A DNA stretch of 64,000 nt from Octopus sinensis (GCF_006345805.1 NC_043008.1:62992001-63056000); one strand, 5' to 3'; positions 1 through 13,734 are shown, counted from the first letter of the stretch. Made by a program: numbers and translations. The notes: generated from the sequence alone by a model not told the origin.

Positions 1-200
1 AGATGAATAATCTTGTTGCAGATTAATCAAAAGTTTAACTGATACCTTGGTAGCAAAATCACAGCAGAAGACAGCACGGTTGGAGGTACAACCATATGGT
101 GTTGCAACCGTGCGTTGGTGCGGATAATTGAATTTTAATTATTATTAGTGAATTGAAGAAATGGAGTTGAACGAAGATTGAACAGAAATCGTTTTATGCA

Positions 201-279
201 TTCTACACGTGTTTCGAAAGGCACAATTTACAAATTCCGATTGAATAAGGAGACCATATTGTGTCTTTCTCTTCAGGAA
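201..279 (-). ncRNA. Type I hammerhead ribozyme (minimal, PLE-type)
   Basis: Minus strand reads TTC-CTGAAGA-GAAAGACACAAT...ATTGTGCCTTTC-GAAAC-ACGT-GTA-GAA: intact core, 12-bp stem II with one mismatch, palindromic stem III ACACGTGT, 3-bp stem I. Confidence 0.8.
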
Positions 280-930
280 GAAATAAGAAATCCATTGGAA
301 AAAACAAAAACAGAACAGAGGGGCGAGCAAAACAAATCGAACGAGGCTCCTAAGAGCCCATGGCCAACTGTTTATCAATGTATGTTGAAAACTGGTGTGG
401 TGTGGTGTGCGTGAAGGTTTTGACGGGTCAAGCAGCGGTCATTCCGGTGCTTAGATGTTCTTTGTGACCGAGACTAAAGTTCTGACTATTTAAAGAATAT
501 TAGGTGTATTATATGGGGCGGGAACAAAATCTACTTAGAAAAGTGTGTGTGTGCTGGTTCTATGTGTTCGTATGTGCGTTTGATCACGTGGCCGTCATTG
601 GTTAAAACAGCCCTACCCACTGGTCACTGCTGTAAGAAACAGAAATCTAAGAAATCTACTTAGAAACACATGTTTCTAAGTAGATTTTGTCCCGACCCAT
701 ATAATACACCTAATATTCTTTAAATAGTCAGAACTTTAGTCTCGGTCACAAAGAACATCTAAGCACCGGAATGACCGCTGCCTGACCGTCAAAACCTTCA
801 ACGCACCCACCCCAGTTTTTCAACATACATTGATAAACTGTTTGGCCATGGGCTCTTAGGAGCCTCGTTCGATTTGTTTTGCTCCGCCTCTGTTCTGTTT
901 TTGTTTTTTCACCAACGGATTTCCTATTTC

Positions 931-1010
931 TTTCTGAAGAGAAAGACACAATATGGTCTCCTTATTCAATCGGAATTTGGTAAATTGTGCCTTTCGAAAC
1001 ACATGTAGAA
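931..1010 (+). ncRNA. Type I hammerhead ribozyme, inverted sister copy
   Basis: TTT-CTGAAGA-GAAAGACACAAT...ATTGTGCCTTTC-GAAAC-ACAT-GTA-GAA; the stem III palindrome is broken by one substitution. Confidence 0.7.
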
Positions 1011-1181
1011 TGCAATAAAACGATTTCTGTTCAATCTTCGTTCAACTCCATTTCTTCAATTCCCTATATATATATATATATATAATATATATATACACAT
1101 CTATATTGATATATATATATATACACATCTATATTGATATATACATATACACATCTATATTGATATATATATATATACACA

Positions 1182-1215
<34 letters not shown>

Positions 1216-1479
1216 CCTGCTTCTGCTATATACATATAGTAGAGTGTATGTCTGTATGCAATATATTCACAAAATATTTCTCAAAATGGACATTAGTATA
1301 AACACATTATCAGCTACATTTCTGTTTACTTCCTATGGGAGTAGTTTTTGATACCCATTACACCTTTGCAATCATTTAGTAAAAGTTTGTATCGATCTCA
1401 CAGTATGGTGAAGCATTATGCATACATAGTTTTCTGAATTAACCAAAGCATAATGCATTGAATTTTGGTTTGTATTTCT

Positions 1480-1870
1480 AAATATATATTTCTGCATTGT
1501 TTTGTTGCTGTCCCATTATTGAGTCAGCAGAAGGGGAAGACAAAATAGTTTGTTTTCACTCAGATTTGTCGACAGTGTACATCATTGTTTTTCTGAGTGT
1601 CATACCTGTTTGACCAATGTAGTGTTTTGGGCAACCTCTCTGTGTTATAAGGTAAATTAAGTAGTCTGAGTCGCAGGAAAAATTGATTTTAATTTTGAAG
1701 TTAGGTCTCTCTTCGAAGTGGCATTCATGACCCTCCAATAGTTAGCTCCATACCTATCAGTTTGGTCAGTTATATTTACTTATTTTAGAGTTCACCATTT
1801 GTGTAAGTAGTCTTGCATTAATCAATATACTTTGTAGGAATTTTGTTGGCCCTTACTTTTTACATTTTAC
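1480..1870 (-). pseudogene. Penelope-like element GIY-YIG endonuclease remnant
   Basis: ORF 1556-1738 reads FSCDSDYLIYLITQRGCPKHYIGQTGMTLRK, matching the PLE pattern C-x-S-x-N-LIY...C...YIGQT; degenerate linker upstream. Confidence 0.8.
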
Positions 1871-2231
1871 CCTTTTGTATTCTGTAATAATTCCCCCTCC
1901 AAAAGAAATGCCTAAACATACTTACTCCTCACAATCACCTCACTTACACATATATTTATTAAGCATCTCTTGTTGCATTTCAGCTAACTCAAGTGTTTGA
2001 GTATCAAGGGATGTTAACTCTTGATTATATATCTTGTTTAATTGGATCCAGCTTCTTTTCTTATTTCTCACAGCTCTCACAACTTGGATTGACACTTTCT
2101 CACTCTCCTAATAGAGCACAGGTGCCATATTTTGTCCATACCTGCCATCATAGAAGGGCATGAGTATCAGATAACAGTGCAGTTACCTAGCATCCAATGC
2201 TAAACTGATAATGGATCAACAATATTGTATA

Positions 2232-2746
2232 CTGTAAATCCTTGAGTATAGTCCGCCCTTGAGTATAATATGCAGGGGATTTTTAGGGGGCTGTACCTAT
2301 GAAAAACCTAAACCTTGTGTATAATACACACCCTTTCTCTAACTTGAGTCAAGAATGTTTACATAACATCCTTGGTTTGTAAAAATGTATATGGTAACGT
2401 CCTTTATTATTATTGTATATATAACATAATGCAAATGTGTAGCTTTTTTGTGCATTTTGTTTGCAGAAAATAAAGAAATAACAGTAATAACGTTTAATAA
2501 ATGTTGCTTACTGCAAGTTATGGATGATTCTTTTATGACTTCATTGCTTTCAGGCTTAGCTTAAGGCATTTTTGCACCCAACATCACAAAATGCATCTGA
2601 ATAAACATTGCCGGACAGCAAATAGAGACTCAGACATTGCTTGGAAAATATTTTTCATTATTAACCACGTTAATATATAGTACGCACTAGGGATTTTGAC
2701 CTTTAAATTTTGGGAAAAAGTGCGGATTATACTCGAGGATTTATGG
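2232..2746. mobile_element. MITE, Tc1/mariner superfamily (Tc2/pogo-like termini)
   Basis: TA-CTGTAAATCCTTGAGTATA ... TATACTCGAGGATTTATGG-TA; 19-bp TIRs with 3 mismatches and a TA TSD. Confidence 0.75.
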
Positions 2747-2770
2747 TACCTGTATAATTTGATTAATGCA

Positions 2771-2965
2771 TACAAGGGAGTGCTGAAAGGTTCCTGGCTT
2801 TGGGTAATGGAAAATACAGGAGGATCAAGTAATTATAATTTTATTCAACATATTTCCCTCTCAGAGTCACAGATTTATTGCAGCAATCCTTCAGTTTTTC
2901 CAACTCCAGTAAAAGAACTTGGAAGTTTGGGCCTCCAACCAGGCCTTTCATGATACCCTTAAAGC
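2771..2965 (-). mobile_element. Mariner 3' end remnant with TIR
   Basis: TIR-like TACAAGGGAGTGCTGAAAGGTTCC; minus strand encodes ...AWLEAQTSKFF/LEKLKDCCNKSVTLRGKYVE*, a typical mariner C-terminus. Confidence 0.7.
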
Positions 2966-2994
2966 TGGAACTTTTCAACATCCTGTCTTATACA

Positions 2995-3161
2995 TGTGTG
3001 TATGTATGTATGTATGTATGTATGTATGTATGTATGTATGTATGTATGTATGTATGTATGTATGTATGTATGTATGTGTGTATGTTTGCATGCATGTATG
3101 TATATGTTTGTATGTATGTATGTGTGTATGTATGTATGTATGTATGTGTGTATGTATGTAC

Positions 3162-3192
<31 letters not shown>

Positions 3193-3260
3193 TGTATGTA
3201 TGTATGCATGTACATATAAGTATGTGTGTATGTATGAACGTGTGTATATGTGTACGTGCA
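2995..3260. repeat. (TATG)n microsatellite
   Basis: Direct reading. Confidence 0.95.
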
Positions 3261-3779
3261 TGCGTCTCCTTGTTTTAACACTGTATAATGGTAGTCAGTG
3301 GGCAACAACATAATGCAAGAAATGTTGGTCACCTCACATCTTATGTGGTAAAACATATCTGGTCATGGGAAATACCATGTCACTTGATAGCAGGTTATGG
3401 TTAGTAAAAGGAAGGGCATTGAAAAGTGGAGAAGTAAATGCTGAAATGACATGACCCCATCATTGATGATGATGGTAATGATGACGATGATGACGACAAC
3501 AACAACGATGACAACGATGATGATGATGAACTTACTTTAACCGTTAGACAGTATGTAACTGTTAATCACATTAGATTTTTTTCCTTAGATATATTGTCAA
3601 TGATTAATTAAAGTGATATACAAAAAAAAAAAGAAAAGAAAAAAAAAAGCATTCTATTCCTTGTCTTCAGAGACTTATTATATGAAAGGAAATACTTTCA
3701 TTTATTTATGTTTTCAATCTGAAGAATGTTGATGTCAATGAAATAAAAACAGCCATTGTAAGAAATAAATATTGGTTGT

Positions 3780-4090
<311 letters not shown>

Positions 4091-4938
4091 AATCACTGTA
4101 TTGTGCATGATTCAAGATTCTCTTGAACCATAACAGTTACAAGAAAGTATCAGATGTGAAGCAGTACAACATATTTCATGAGAATAATTAGCAAACTCTC
4201 TGCTTGTTGCTACTTCAGCTTCTAAAGATTTTTCAAAGAGAAATATACATGAGAGACATGAAATGGATATTTTCTTTATGAAGCTATGCAAGCACTGAGC
4301 ATTTTAAGTTCTTTAATGCCTAAATATACTTCGAAAAAATAAGAATGGTTATGTAGTTATAGTCTATGGGTACAAGTATAGTAATAGCTGTTGTGAAAGT
4401 GGAAATTGTTAAGATAAAACGAATGAGAGTAATTTTGATATATGTTGGGAGCTTTTATCCAAGAGAGGGAAATAAGGGTATAAATCTATAGAGGTAACTA
4501 ATATCTACACGCTGTCAAAGATCTTTTTATAAAATATTAATATAGAAGAAAATTGGGATCATAAATTTTCTTTAATTTCCCTCACTAAGAAATATTTATT
4601 TCCTGCTTTCACATCTCAAGGAAATATTTTTCTTTTGAAGCCTGTGAGTTTCTTCAAATGCACTCCATTATTTTGATAAGATTAACAGTATGTCATCATT
4701 TTAATGTTTGTTTTTAAATATATTGGCATGGATTAAATAATTCTGCAACCTGAGTTCAGATATTATGAATGTCACCTTTGCATTTTACTCTTTGGTGATT
4801 GATGAAATTGCACCAATCCAAAGTTGTGGATATGCGGAATTGGAAGAATGTTGGACCAGATACCTCGGGGATATTTGTTCCGGCATTTTGCATTCTGAGT
4901 TCAAATCCACCCATGACTTACTTGGATAGCAGACTTAA

Positions 4939-5159
4939 CCCATTCGTTACTGTATTTATTTTGAGATGCTCTGTGTTTCTTTCATTTACTTTAAATATAA
5001 CAAAGAATTTAGTAAAATAACTTAGTTATCATTAAGCTAGTGTTAGGAACATAAAATTTCACTAAGGTTTGGTGGAAGATTTTAATTCAGAACTTTTGAA
5101 AGCAAGACATTTGTCCTACAAAGCCAGAGCCGGTTTCAGCCAGGTTGGTAGCGAAAGGG
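4939..5159. mobile_element. piggyBac-type MITE
   Basis: TTAA-CCCATTCGTTAC ... GTAGCGAAAGGG-TTAA; second copy at 53798-54018. Confidence 0.85.
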
Positions 5160-6537
5160 TTAACCCCACAACTTCACACATTAGGTGCCTTCAGTAGAAT
5201 CAGTTCTGCTGCAAATATTCAGATTAGTTTTCAGTTTGACTATACCTTACTGTCTCTCTTTACCATCAGTCATGGAGACTTTATAATTGGACATTATTTT
5301 CCCTAGGAACTTAAAGATAAAAAAGAAAAATATCAATCTTTACTTTCTGTGATCTCATAACCAGTATCCTATGATTTAGCTTCAGCTCTACTCTTCATGT
5401 TATTATCATTAGCCTTCTAATAAAGGTACCTTTCACTGGCAACACAATAGATGTTTCCATTTTCTAAATGTCATACATAGTGCTTTTCATGTAAGTTAAT
5501 ACTGGTTTCAAATTTTCGTATGAGGCCTGCAATTTCAGGGGTGGGGGTAGGCAATTACAAGAGATCAGTGCTCCACTGGTACTCATTTTATTGATTCTGA
5601 AAGGTTGTTCTCTGTGGAATTTTAGCTTAGAATGTAAATGCCACTAAGCATTTTGCTTGGCATGCTAATAATTTTGTCAACTCACCACTCTTAAAGCATT
5701 AATTAATAATGGTTTTTAAGCTCTGGCACAAGACCAGCAATTTTGGGGGAAGAAGTTATGTTAATTACATTGACCCCAGTGCATAAGTATTACCTATTTT
5801 ATTGATTCTGAAAGAATGAAAGACAAACTCAATGACAGAAGAATTTGAACTCAGAACAGGAAGACGGTATCTGGCAAATTTGTCTTCCACAATTCTTTGA
5901 CAACAATTCATATACCACAATTTATCTACAGATACAATTTATTTAAAACTACACACATACACACACACAACTACACAAAAACACACGCATTAAACCACGC
6001 ATACACACACATACAACCACACACATACAACCACACACATGCACACACACATACAACCACACATGCACATTCAGCCACACACCCATACATACAACCACAC
6101 AGGCACACACATATACAGCTACACACACGCACATACAACCACACACACATACACACACACACACATACAATGTAGATGAATTGTTGTAGACAAATTGTTG
6201 TAGACGAATTCACCTAGTACCCATGAAGACAGATGAAATGCCAGTAGGCATGCTAACCATTTTACCCACTCAACACCTTTATGTAAGTTAATATTAAAAA
6301 ATTGCACATAACAGAATAAAATTTTCTCCCAACGCTCTGCAGTAGTTAAACATCCAATTTCACTTAGAACATCCAATGCAGAAATTTCAAAGAACCACAA
6401 CAGTGAAATGTATACTAGTAACAAAAGATATAAATCTGTGTTTATGATCATTTCTCCTGCATTTGCTCTGTATACCATAACCAGCAATAGTACTAAGTAT
6501 AATATTAACCAAACCACTATAGAAACAGGCTCTATAA

Positions 6538-7450
6538 TACAAGGTGACACCAAAAAAACTGAACCCATAAAAATTTTATTAAATCTGACAAAGGTCCAGC
6601 AAATTACTTGAAATTTGCTAGACTTAAACTTCAGTCTGTGTTTGATCATTCCCTTAGCATAAAAGTCCTGTTCTTTTCAAAATATGTTTCAAATGGCATA
6701 TGTCATGCAAGCACATGCATATGTCATGCAAAATTGTCAAATACTCGAACACATTCCTCTTTGAGGATTTCCTTGATTTCTGTTATGATTGCTGCCTTCA
6801 GTTCACTAATCGTTTGAGGGTTGTTCTGGTAAACATTATCCTTGAGATACCCCCACAGATAAAAATCTGGTTTGTTTGTTCCTTATCGAGCCATGCTTGG
6901 CTCATAAGGGCCGGTTTCCTGGTTTCTTTGGCATATAGGTTCCCACCTGGATGGGATGCTGGTCCGTCGCAGGTGAGCTGGAAGATGCAGGAGGAAAGAG
7001 TGAGAGAAAGTTGTAGCAAAGGAGTCAGCAGAAGTTCACCATTACCTTCTGCTGGAGCCGCGTGGAGCTTAGGTGTTTCGCTCATAAATACACACATCGC
7101 CTGGTCTGAGATTCAAAACCGCGATCCCTCGACTGCAAGTCCACTGCTCTAGCCACTAGGCCATGTGCCTCAACAAGTGGAATCATTACCTTCTGTCTGA
7201 GCTGCATGGGGCTTAGGTGTTTCACTCATAAACACACACATCGCTCTGTCTGAGATTCAAACTTGCGATCCCTCGACCACGAGTCTGCTGCTCTAACCAC
7301 TAGGCCATGTGCCTCCTCAAGTCCAGTGAACGCAGTGCCCACTCAATGTCACACTTCCTGCTGATCAGTCTCTCCTGAAATTGCTCTCTCAGCCAGGCTA
7401 TGGAGTCATATGATGCATGAGGGGAATCTTGCTGGAACCACTGTTCATCT
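6538..7450 (-). pseudogene. Tc1/mariner-superfamily transposase 3' remnant interrupted by SINEs
   Basis: 7320-7445 encodes QWFQQDSPH..AWLREQFQERLISRKCDIEWALRSLD; 6870 downward continues PDFYLWGYLKDNVYQNNPQTISELKAAI; TIR-like TACAAGGTG at 6538. Confidence 0.8.
6870..7318 (-). mobile_element. tRNA-derived SINE family C (one full copy plus a partial duplicate)
   Basis: Head GGCACATGGCCTAGTGGTTAGAGCAGC..., V-SINE-like tail (CTGCGACGGACCAGCATCCCATCCAGG); homologous to 39394-39688. Confidence 0.8.
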
Positions 7451-7569
7451 TGATCTATCCTTCTATGTCATTTTATTCAAATAGTATTATTCAAAGATTT
7501 GTGGGTTCTGTTTTCTGTACAATGTATGTGAAACCCTAAACTCACCAGTGGCAGAAACTGACTTATTGG

Positions 7570-7795
7570 AAGTCCACCTGAAGATTGTCGATCAAGACAA
7601 GAAACAATTGTAGTGGCGGTTTTTTTGACTATTTATTAAAATTTTATGTATTGATTAAGTCTTTCCTTGTTTGTTTTGCAAAATAGTGGTTTTGTCTCTA
7701 ATAATATTTTATAATATTTTACTATAAAATTGGATTTAATCCTAAATCTGATTTTTTCCCTGTAAATTTGGATTTATTCCCTAATATTTATTATA
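7570..7795 (+). mobile_element. PLE pLTR-like 3' fragment
   Basis: Closely similar to 50898-51125; ends in (TA)n. Confidence 0.75.
7574..7616 (+). ncRNA. Minimal type I hammerhead ribozyme
   Basis: CCAC-CTGAAGA-TTGTC-gatcaa-GACAA-GAAAC-AATT-GTA-GTGG: perfect stems I and II, palindromic stem III ACAATTGT. Confidence 0.85.
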
Positions 7796-9737
7796 TATAT
7801 ATATATATATATCAGTGAGCTGGCAGAATTGCTAGTGTGCCAAGCTAAATGTTTAGCAACATTTTGTCCATTTTTATGTTTTGAGTTCAAATTCTGCTGA
7901 GGTTGTCTGTGCCTTCCATCTTTTCAATATCAATAAAATAAGTACCAGTTGAGTACTAGGGTTGATGTAATTCACTTACCCCCAACCCTGAACTTGCCAG
8001 CCTTGTGCCAAAATTTGATATGAATACATATAATATGCATAATATATGCATATGTAGTGTGTGCATGCGTGTGTGTATTTGTGTATGATAGTGTGTGTGT
8101 GTGTGTCTGTGTATATGTGTGTGTGTGTGTGTGTGTGATATTGTTGCCAACAGATCCAATTGTCCTTCATGTCAATAGTAACATTTTAAGATATTAAAAT
8201 AAATCGAAGAAATATGGGAATGCTCCTCCACATGGAAATAGAAACTTGCATAATTGCTCTCCTTTTTCGTTTTTTTCAGGTTTTCTTTTTTCTTTTCCTC
8301 TATGTTGACTAATGCATCTGCTTCTTAATGTAATGATATTCTTTGTGAAACATCTCCTGTAGGGGATGTTCTGCATCACCTTTTGCAGAACTTATCATAT
8401 ATGATACCGACTATTTAATTGGTCCAGGCTCAGTTATACATTTACAAAATGAAATGTTTCTGCCCATCAATTAACTTTAATCACAACTTGCAACCTTTCA
8501 ATCACTTCTTTAGCTTAAATAGGCCAACACTTTTAGTTGCACACTCAATGATACCAACTGCGATATCCTCTGTATGCAATCATATTTAGAACCATCATGC
8601 TAACAGTGTATCGTCAATGCAATCAACATGATTACATTGATCCTACACAACATTACTGTGCCAACTGTTCTTCCAATCATACCAAGTATTCATCTGCTGC
8701 ATGTCTTGAAGCATTCTGCTATATACCACATTATATATTAGCTGCAAATATCTGTTACATCACTGTAACTATTAGCACGACCGTTCGAATATGCAGCAGC
8801 ATCAAACTTCATTGCAATCGTTTCCTTGCATAATTATTACCACTTCGTCTACCACCAACATCAATCATTACCATGCCATCCTATTGTAAAAAAAAAATAA
8901 TAATAAATAAAGCCACAACAGCAGCAGCTACAGTAACAGCACACACTTCTGTAATAACGCTGCATATATAATAACTTCCAACATCTCTCTGCAGTAACTA
9001 TCAAAACACCAACTACACCCCTTTCTATAACATTGGCTCCACTATCACTGCTAAACATACATGTATAACCATTACTGTTAACCACAACCATAATCACTAC
9101 CATTACTAACAAGAGCAATGCCACTGCTATTACTCTTACCACCTTCACCTCTACCAACTGTCCATAAAATATGAAGCAAGAGCCTCTTCATTTTCCAATT
9201 TGCAGACTATGTAATTGTTTTAAATACAGAAACACTGCAGTATTGTTACAAATTGTTCGGCCCTAATTATAACTGTCAGTTGATTCTTTTATATTTTCAT
9301 AATTGATCTCTCCTGAATATAGTTCAAAGTAGTCTTTTAGAGAATTATATTTTACATAACTCAGACTGCATTCATATTTTCCATGTAATATTGCTTTACC
9401 AGAATCATAGATTGTGTGTTAAGCATCAACTATGCAGTCCTGTGTATTCACTTATGCTTTTCTCTACGGGCTTTGGTATTATATTTCATTAGCCTTCATA
9501 GTAAAATATAATAGAAGATAGCCATGACGATCCATGCTGTATATGCATATATAAGGTTGTTTGCATGCTTATAGTAGCTTGTGTTAAAACTAAGAAGATA
9601 AATCAAAACCATTTTATAGATAATAGAAATGGATTGAAGACACACACGCACGCACACACACTCACACACACACACACACACACACCACACACACACACAC
9701 ACAAACATACACACTCACATGCGAGCATGTATATATA

Positions 9738-9769
<32 letters not shown>

Positions 9770-9993
9770 GGAAAATAAAATACAAAATGGGACAAGAACT
9801 CAAAACATCCGGACAACTAGATGATATAAAAAAAAAAACACAGACAGGTCTTTTGAAATCTTTTATTTTCAGTCAAGAACCAGATCATCCTTGCAATTTC
9901 GCCTGATTAATCTTGACAAATATATATATATTTCGTTTGGCGATTTGGTTGGCAAGATTCTTTATATGTGTCCGTGTGTTGGATCATATTCTT

Positions 9994-10257
9994 TTGTGTC
10001 CGGAGTGAGTCATTTTATTTTTGTGCCTTATAATGTAACACACTCACCGGTAAAATTTCCACTTATTTTTTATTTTTATTTTCCTAAAATTTTCGTTGCA
10101 TCTTGCAACCTTTTCAATACGGAGTCAAGACTATTGAAAAGGTTGCAAGATACAACGAAAATATTAGGAAAATAAAAATAAGAAATAAGTGATAATTTTA
10201 CCAGTGCGTGTGTTAAATTATAAGGCACAAAAAGAAAATGACTCTCCCCGGACACAA
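9994..10257. repeat. Fold-back inverted repeat of a dispersed repeat (~125-bp arms, 12-nt loop)
   Basis: 9994-10119 is the reverse complement of 10132-10257; the same family occurs at 57230-57368 and 57778-57900. Confidence 0.85.
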
Positions 10258-10374
10258 CAGTATATATAGATGGATAGATAGATAGATAGATACATACATA
10301 CATACTTACATACATACATACATACATGCATACATACATACATAAATAGATGTAGATAGATAGATAACAGAAAA

Positions 10375-10980
10375 TGAATTTTTAAGCATATCAATACTAA
10401 TTCTAACCACTGTAGAACCAAGCTAAATAACCTTGTCAACAGCATTTCCATCAGAATCGCTACCCTGTCTGAAGACATTTTTTTTAATAATCCTACTTTA
10501 CTTGCTAGCAGATTCTCAGACAAAATAGAATTTTGTCTGACAGCAAGCTTAAGAATTATTTAGCTCAGCAGAATCCTAAATCTAAACATACAGCGGTAAT
10601 CCACAATGCTTCTGGCTCTATTGTAAACACCAACAGTGCTAACAATAGCAGATCCCACCCCAACATTACATCCCATCATCGAAGCATGCATATGAAAACC
10701 CTAAAACAAGGACAAGATGTCTAATACCTACCAAGCACTCTAAATCTTGAGCCACAGGATTATCTAACACTAGAAAACTACACATCTATTGTTCTACATC
10801 TTCCTTCTCCTTAAAGGTAAAGATATTGCCGAAATAGTTTTAAAGTACTATTAAATCAAATTTCTCTCCTACAGCATAAGCAACAACACAAATTCCAACC
10901 TGTCCACAATTAAAATCTCCTACTCAGTTACAGCTAACTTTCGATCAATTACAGCAGCTTCAAATAGGCATAAATTCTGC
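10375..10980 (+). pseudogene. Penelope-like RT C-terminal/thumb-linker remnant
   Basis: Decayed frames KHINTNSNH..KLNNLVNSISIRIATLS and STIKISYSVTANFRSITAASNRHK resemble the PLE SNHP...ISRRIS and TIKISYS..PN motifs. Confidence 0.65.
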
Positions 10981-11140
10981 TGATAAACCTCACACAAATT
11001 TACCCATAACAATATTAATAACTATCACTCAGCTATAAACTATAATTGCAGGAGAGTAAACATTGGTGAAAGCCGCTAAATTAACTGGAATAATCATAAA
11101 AATAACATTAATAATAATAATGATAATAATAATAATAATA

Positions 11141-11548
11141 CTCTCTTTTACTCTTTTACTTGTTTCAGGCATTGGACTGCAGCCATGCTGGAGCACCACC
11201 TTTAATCGAGCAACTCGACCCCGGGACTTATTCTTTTGTAAGCCCAGTACTTATTCTATCGGTATCTTTTGCCAAACCGCTAAGTAACGGGGACATAAAC
11301 ACACCAGCATCGGTTGTCAAGCAATGCTAGGGATCAAACACAGACACACAAACACACACATGCATATATATATATACATATATACGACAGGCTCCTTTTC
11401 AGTTTCTGTCTACTAAATCCACTCACTAGGCTTTGGTCGGCCCGAGGCTATAGTAGAAGACACTTGCCCAAGGTGCCACGCAGTGGGACTGAACCCAAAA
11501 CCATGTGGTTGGTAAACAAGCTACTTACCCCACAGCCACTCCTGCACC
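11141..11548 (-). mobile_element. tRNA-derived SINE family A
   Basis: Head GGTGCAGGAGTGGCTGTG.GGTAAG...GGTTCAGTCCC (A/B boxes), central TTGGGCAAGTGTCTT, internal (TA)(TG) tract, (GTAAAAGA)n tail. Confidence 0.9.
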
Positions 11549-11549
11549 T

Positions 11550-11579
11550 ATAATGATGATGATAATAATAATAATAATA

Positions 11580-11650
<71 letters not shown>

Positions 11651-11686
11651 CGATGATGATGATGATGATAATAATAATAATAATAA

Positions 11687-11727
<41 letters not shown>

Positions 11728-11744
11728 CGATGATGATGATGATG

Positions 11745-11805
<61 letters not shown>

Positions 11806-11820
11806 CGATGATGATGACGA
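11550..11820. repeat. (AAT)n/(GAT)n microsatellite
   Basis: Direct reading. Confidence 0.95.
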
Positions 11821-11821
11821 T

Positions 11822-12228
11822 TTCGTTTATTTGCCACAAGGGTCAAGGATACAAAGATAGACATAAAGTGTTGGGGTTTACTTATAATGAAATGATTTAA
11901 AAAGAAGTTAAGTATACACGGTACATACTGAAAAAGAAGGAACAGATGCACACAAAGGTTAAAAAAAATGTGTGAGGAGGATGATAGAGATGTAGCCCTC
12001 CTGATGCAGAAGGGATAAATGAGGAACCCCACTGTCCAAGATTTCTCTGAAACCCTAAAGGCAAGTGCCTTCTCCAGTCCCTTCTCTTTAACTTACAGGT
12101 TTACTCTGAAAGAGGCACCATCCACTCTTGCCCTTTTTGCAACATTCACCAACCTGTCAATAAACTCAATCGAGGACAGTATTTCTCCCTCCACTCTCAA
12201 TTTCCTTTTCAAGTGAAACTTAAGAAGT
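11822..12228 (-). mobile_element. LINE 3' end remnant, probably L1/Tx1-like
   Basis: Minus strand 12228-12093 encodes LLKFHLKRKLRVEGEILSSIEFIDRLVNVAKRARVDGASFRVNL*, followed by a UTR ending at the microsatellite; clade assignment is from recollection. Confidence 0.45.
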
Positions 12229-12237
12229 CAATGAGAG

Positions 12238-12626
12238 CTCATTTGACTGCGACCATGCTGGAGCACCACCTTTACTCGAGCAAATCGACCTCAGGACTTA
12301 TTCTTTGTAAGCCTAGTACTTATTCTATCTGTCTTTTTTGCTGAATCGTTAAGTTATGGGGACACAAACACACCACCATCAGTTGTCAAACGATGTTGGG
12401 GGGGTCAAACACAGACACACAAGCATATACACACACATACATACCTATATATATACATATATATGATGGGCTTCTTTCAGTTTCCGTCTTCCAAATCCAC
12501 TCACAAGGCATTGGTCAGCCTGAGGCTATAGTAGAAGACACTTGCCCATGGTGCCACGCAGTGGGAATGAACCCACAACCATGTGGTTGGGAAGCAAGCT
12601 ACTTACCACACAGCCACTCCTGTGCC
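12238..12626 (-). mobile_element. SINE family A
   Basis: Homologous to 11141-11548. Confidence 0.9.
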
Positions 12627-13356
12627 TATATATATATATTGTTTCTTTTATGTATATTTGCATTTTCTCCTATATGTAAGTAAGTATAAATATGCTAAAA
12701 TGACTTCATACCTCTTGACTGTGTCTCTGTGTCTTTCTTCTATTACACACATACAGACGTGATATAGCTGTGCTGCTGACAGCCAAGCTCCATTTAGGCA
12801 GGCATCGCACTCCTATCTAATAAATTTATGCTTTTTAATTAATATTTTCTTATGGTGCTGAATCATGGAATCCAATATAAAAAGAAAACTAACAAGCAAC
12901 CTATAAAGGAAGGAAGGGTATTAAGCCATAGAAAATTAACTTCAACGAACTCTGGCCAAAAAATGCAAACATGGAAAAGTAGATGTTAAACAATTGAAAA
13001 TGTGAATGATGATGATATACATATAGATACATACACACATATACACATATGTATTCACACATTGACACACATTTACACGCACATGTACACATATGTGTCT
13101 ATATATGTGTATGTGTGTGTTGTGCGCATATATATTTCTATACTGCTCAAAATATAACACTTGAGTTATATTTGACGCAAATAAATATTATTATAGAATC
13201 AGGCAGTTAGTGAATCGTTTCAAAAATAACTTTCACAAACGATACAAGATCAATAAATATATGTTATATATATTTGAAAAGGTTAGATATTCGTATATTT
13301 GAAAAGTGAGGCTATATATTTAAACAGGGTTATTAAATGTAATGTCAATATTAATA

Positions 13357-13734
13357 GGCGCAGGAGTGGCTGTGTGGTAAGTAGCTTGCTTGCCAACCAC
13401 TTGGTTCCGGGTTCATTCCCACTGCGTGGCACTTTGGTCAAGTGTCTTCTAATATAGCCTTGGGCTGACAAAAGCCTTGTCAGTGGATTTGGTTGACGGA
13501 AACTGAAAGAAGCCCATCGTATATATGTATATATATGTATGTGTCTGTAGATGTTTGTGTGTCTGTGTTTGTACCCCCCAAGTCCCTGTAACTTAGCGGT
13601 TTGGCAAAAGAGACCAATAGAATAAGTACTAGGCTTACAAAGAATAAGTCCTGGGGTCAATTTGCTCGACTAAAGGTGGTGCTCCAGCATGGCCACAGTC
13701 AAATGTCTGAAACAAATAAAAGAGTAAAAGAGTA
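13357..13734 (+). mobile_element. SINE family A
   Basis: GGCGCAGGAGTGGCTGTGTGGTAAG head through AGAGTAAAAGAG tail. Confidence 0.9.

Larger units (their letters stand above)
150..1062. mobile_element. Inverted pair of Penelope-like pLTR segments (arms ~150-545 and ~670-1062)
   Basis: The arms are reverse complements over ~395 bp, each contains a hammerhead motif, and the right end abuts (TA)n. A GIY-YIG remnant lies nearby. Confidence 0.8.

Noticed and set aside
8590-9160. Hydrophobic ORFs resembling membrane proteins
   Set aside because: Decayed CAA/CAC/ACT triplet low-complexity sequence.
9770-9916. Possible pLTR fragment with CTGAAAA...CAAAAG
   Set aside because: Core motifs are not intact and the family cannot be supported from the window.
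13357-13430. tRNA-like heads of SINEs as tRNA genes
   Set aside because: They continue into SINE bodies and lack a proper acceptor stem.
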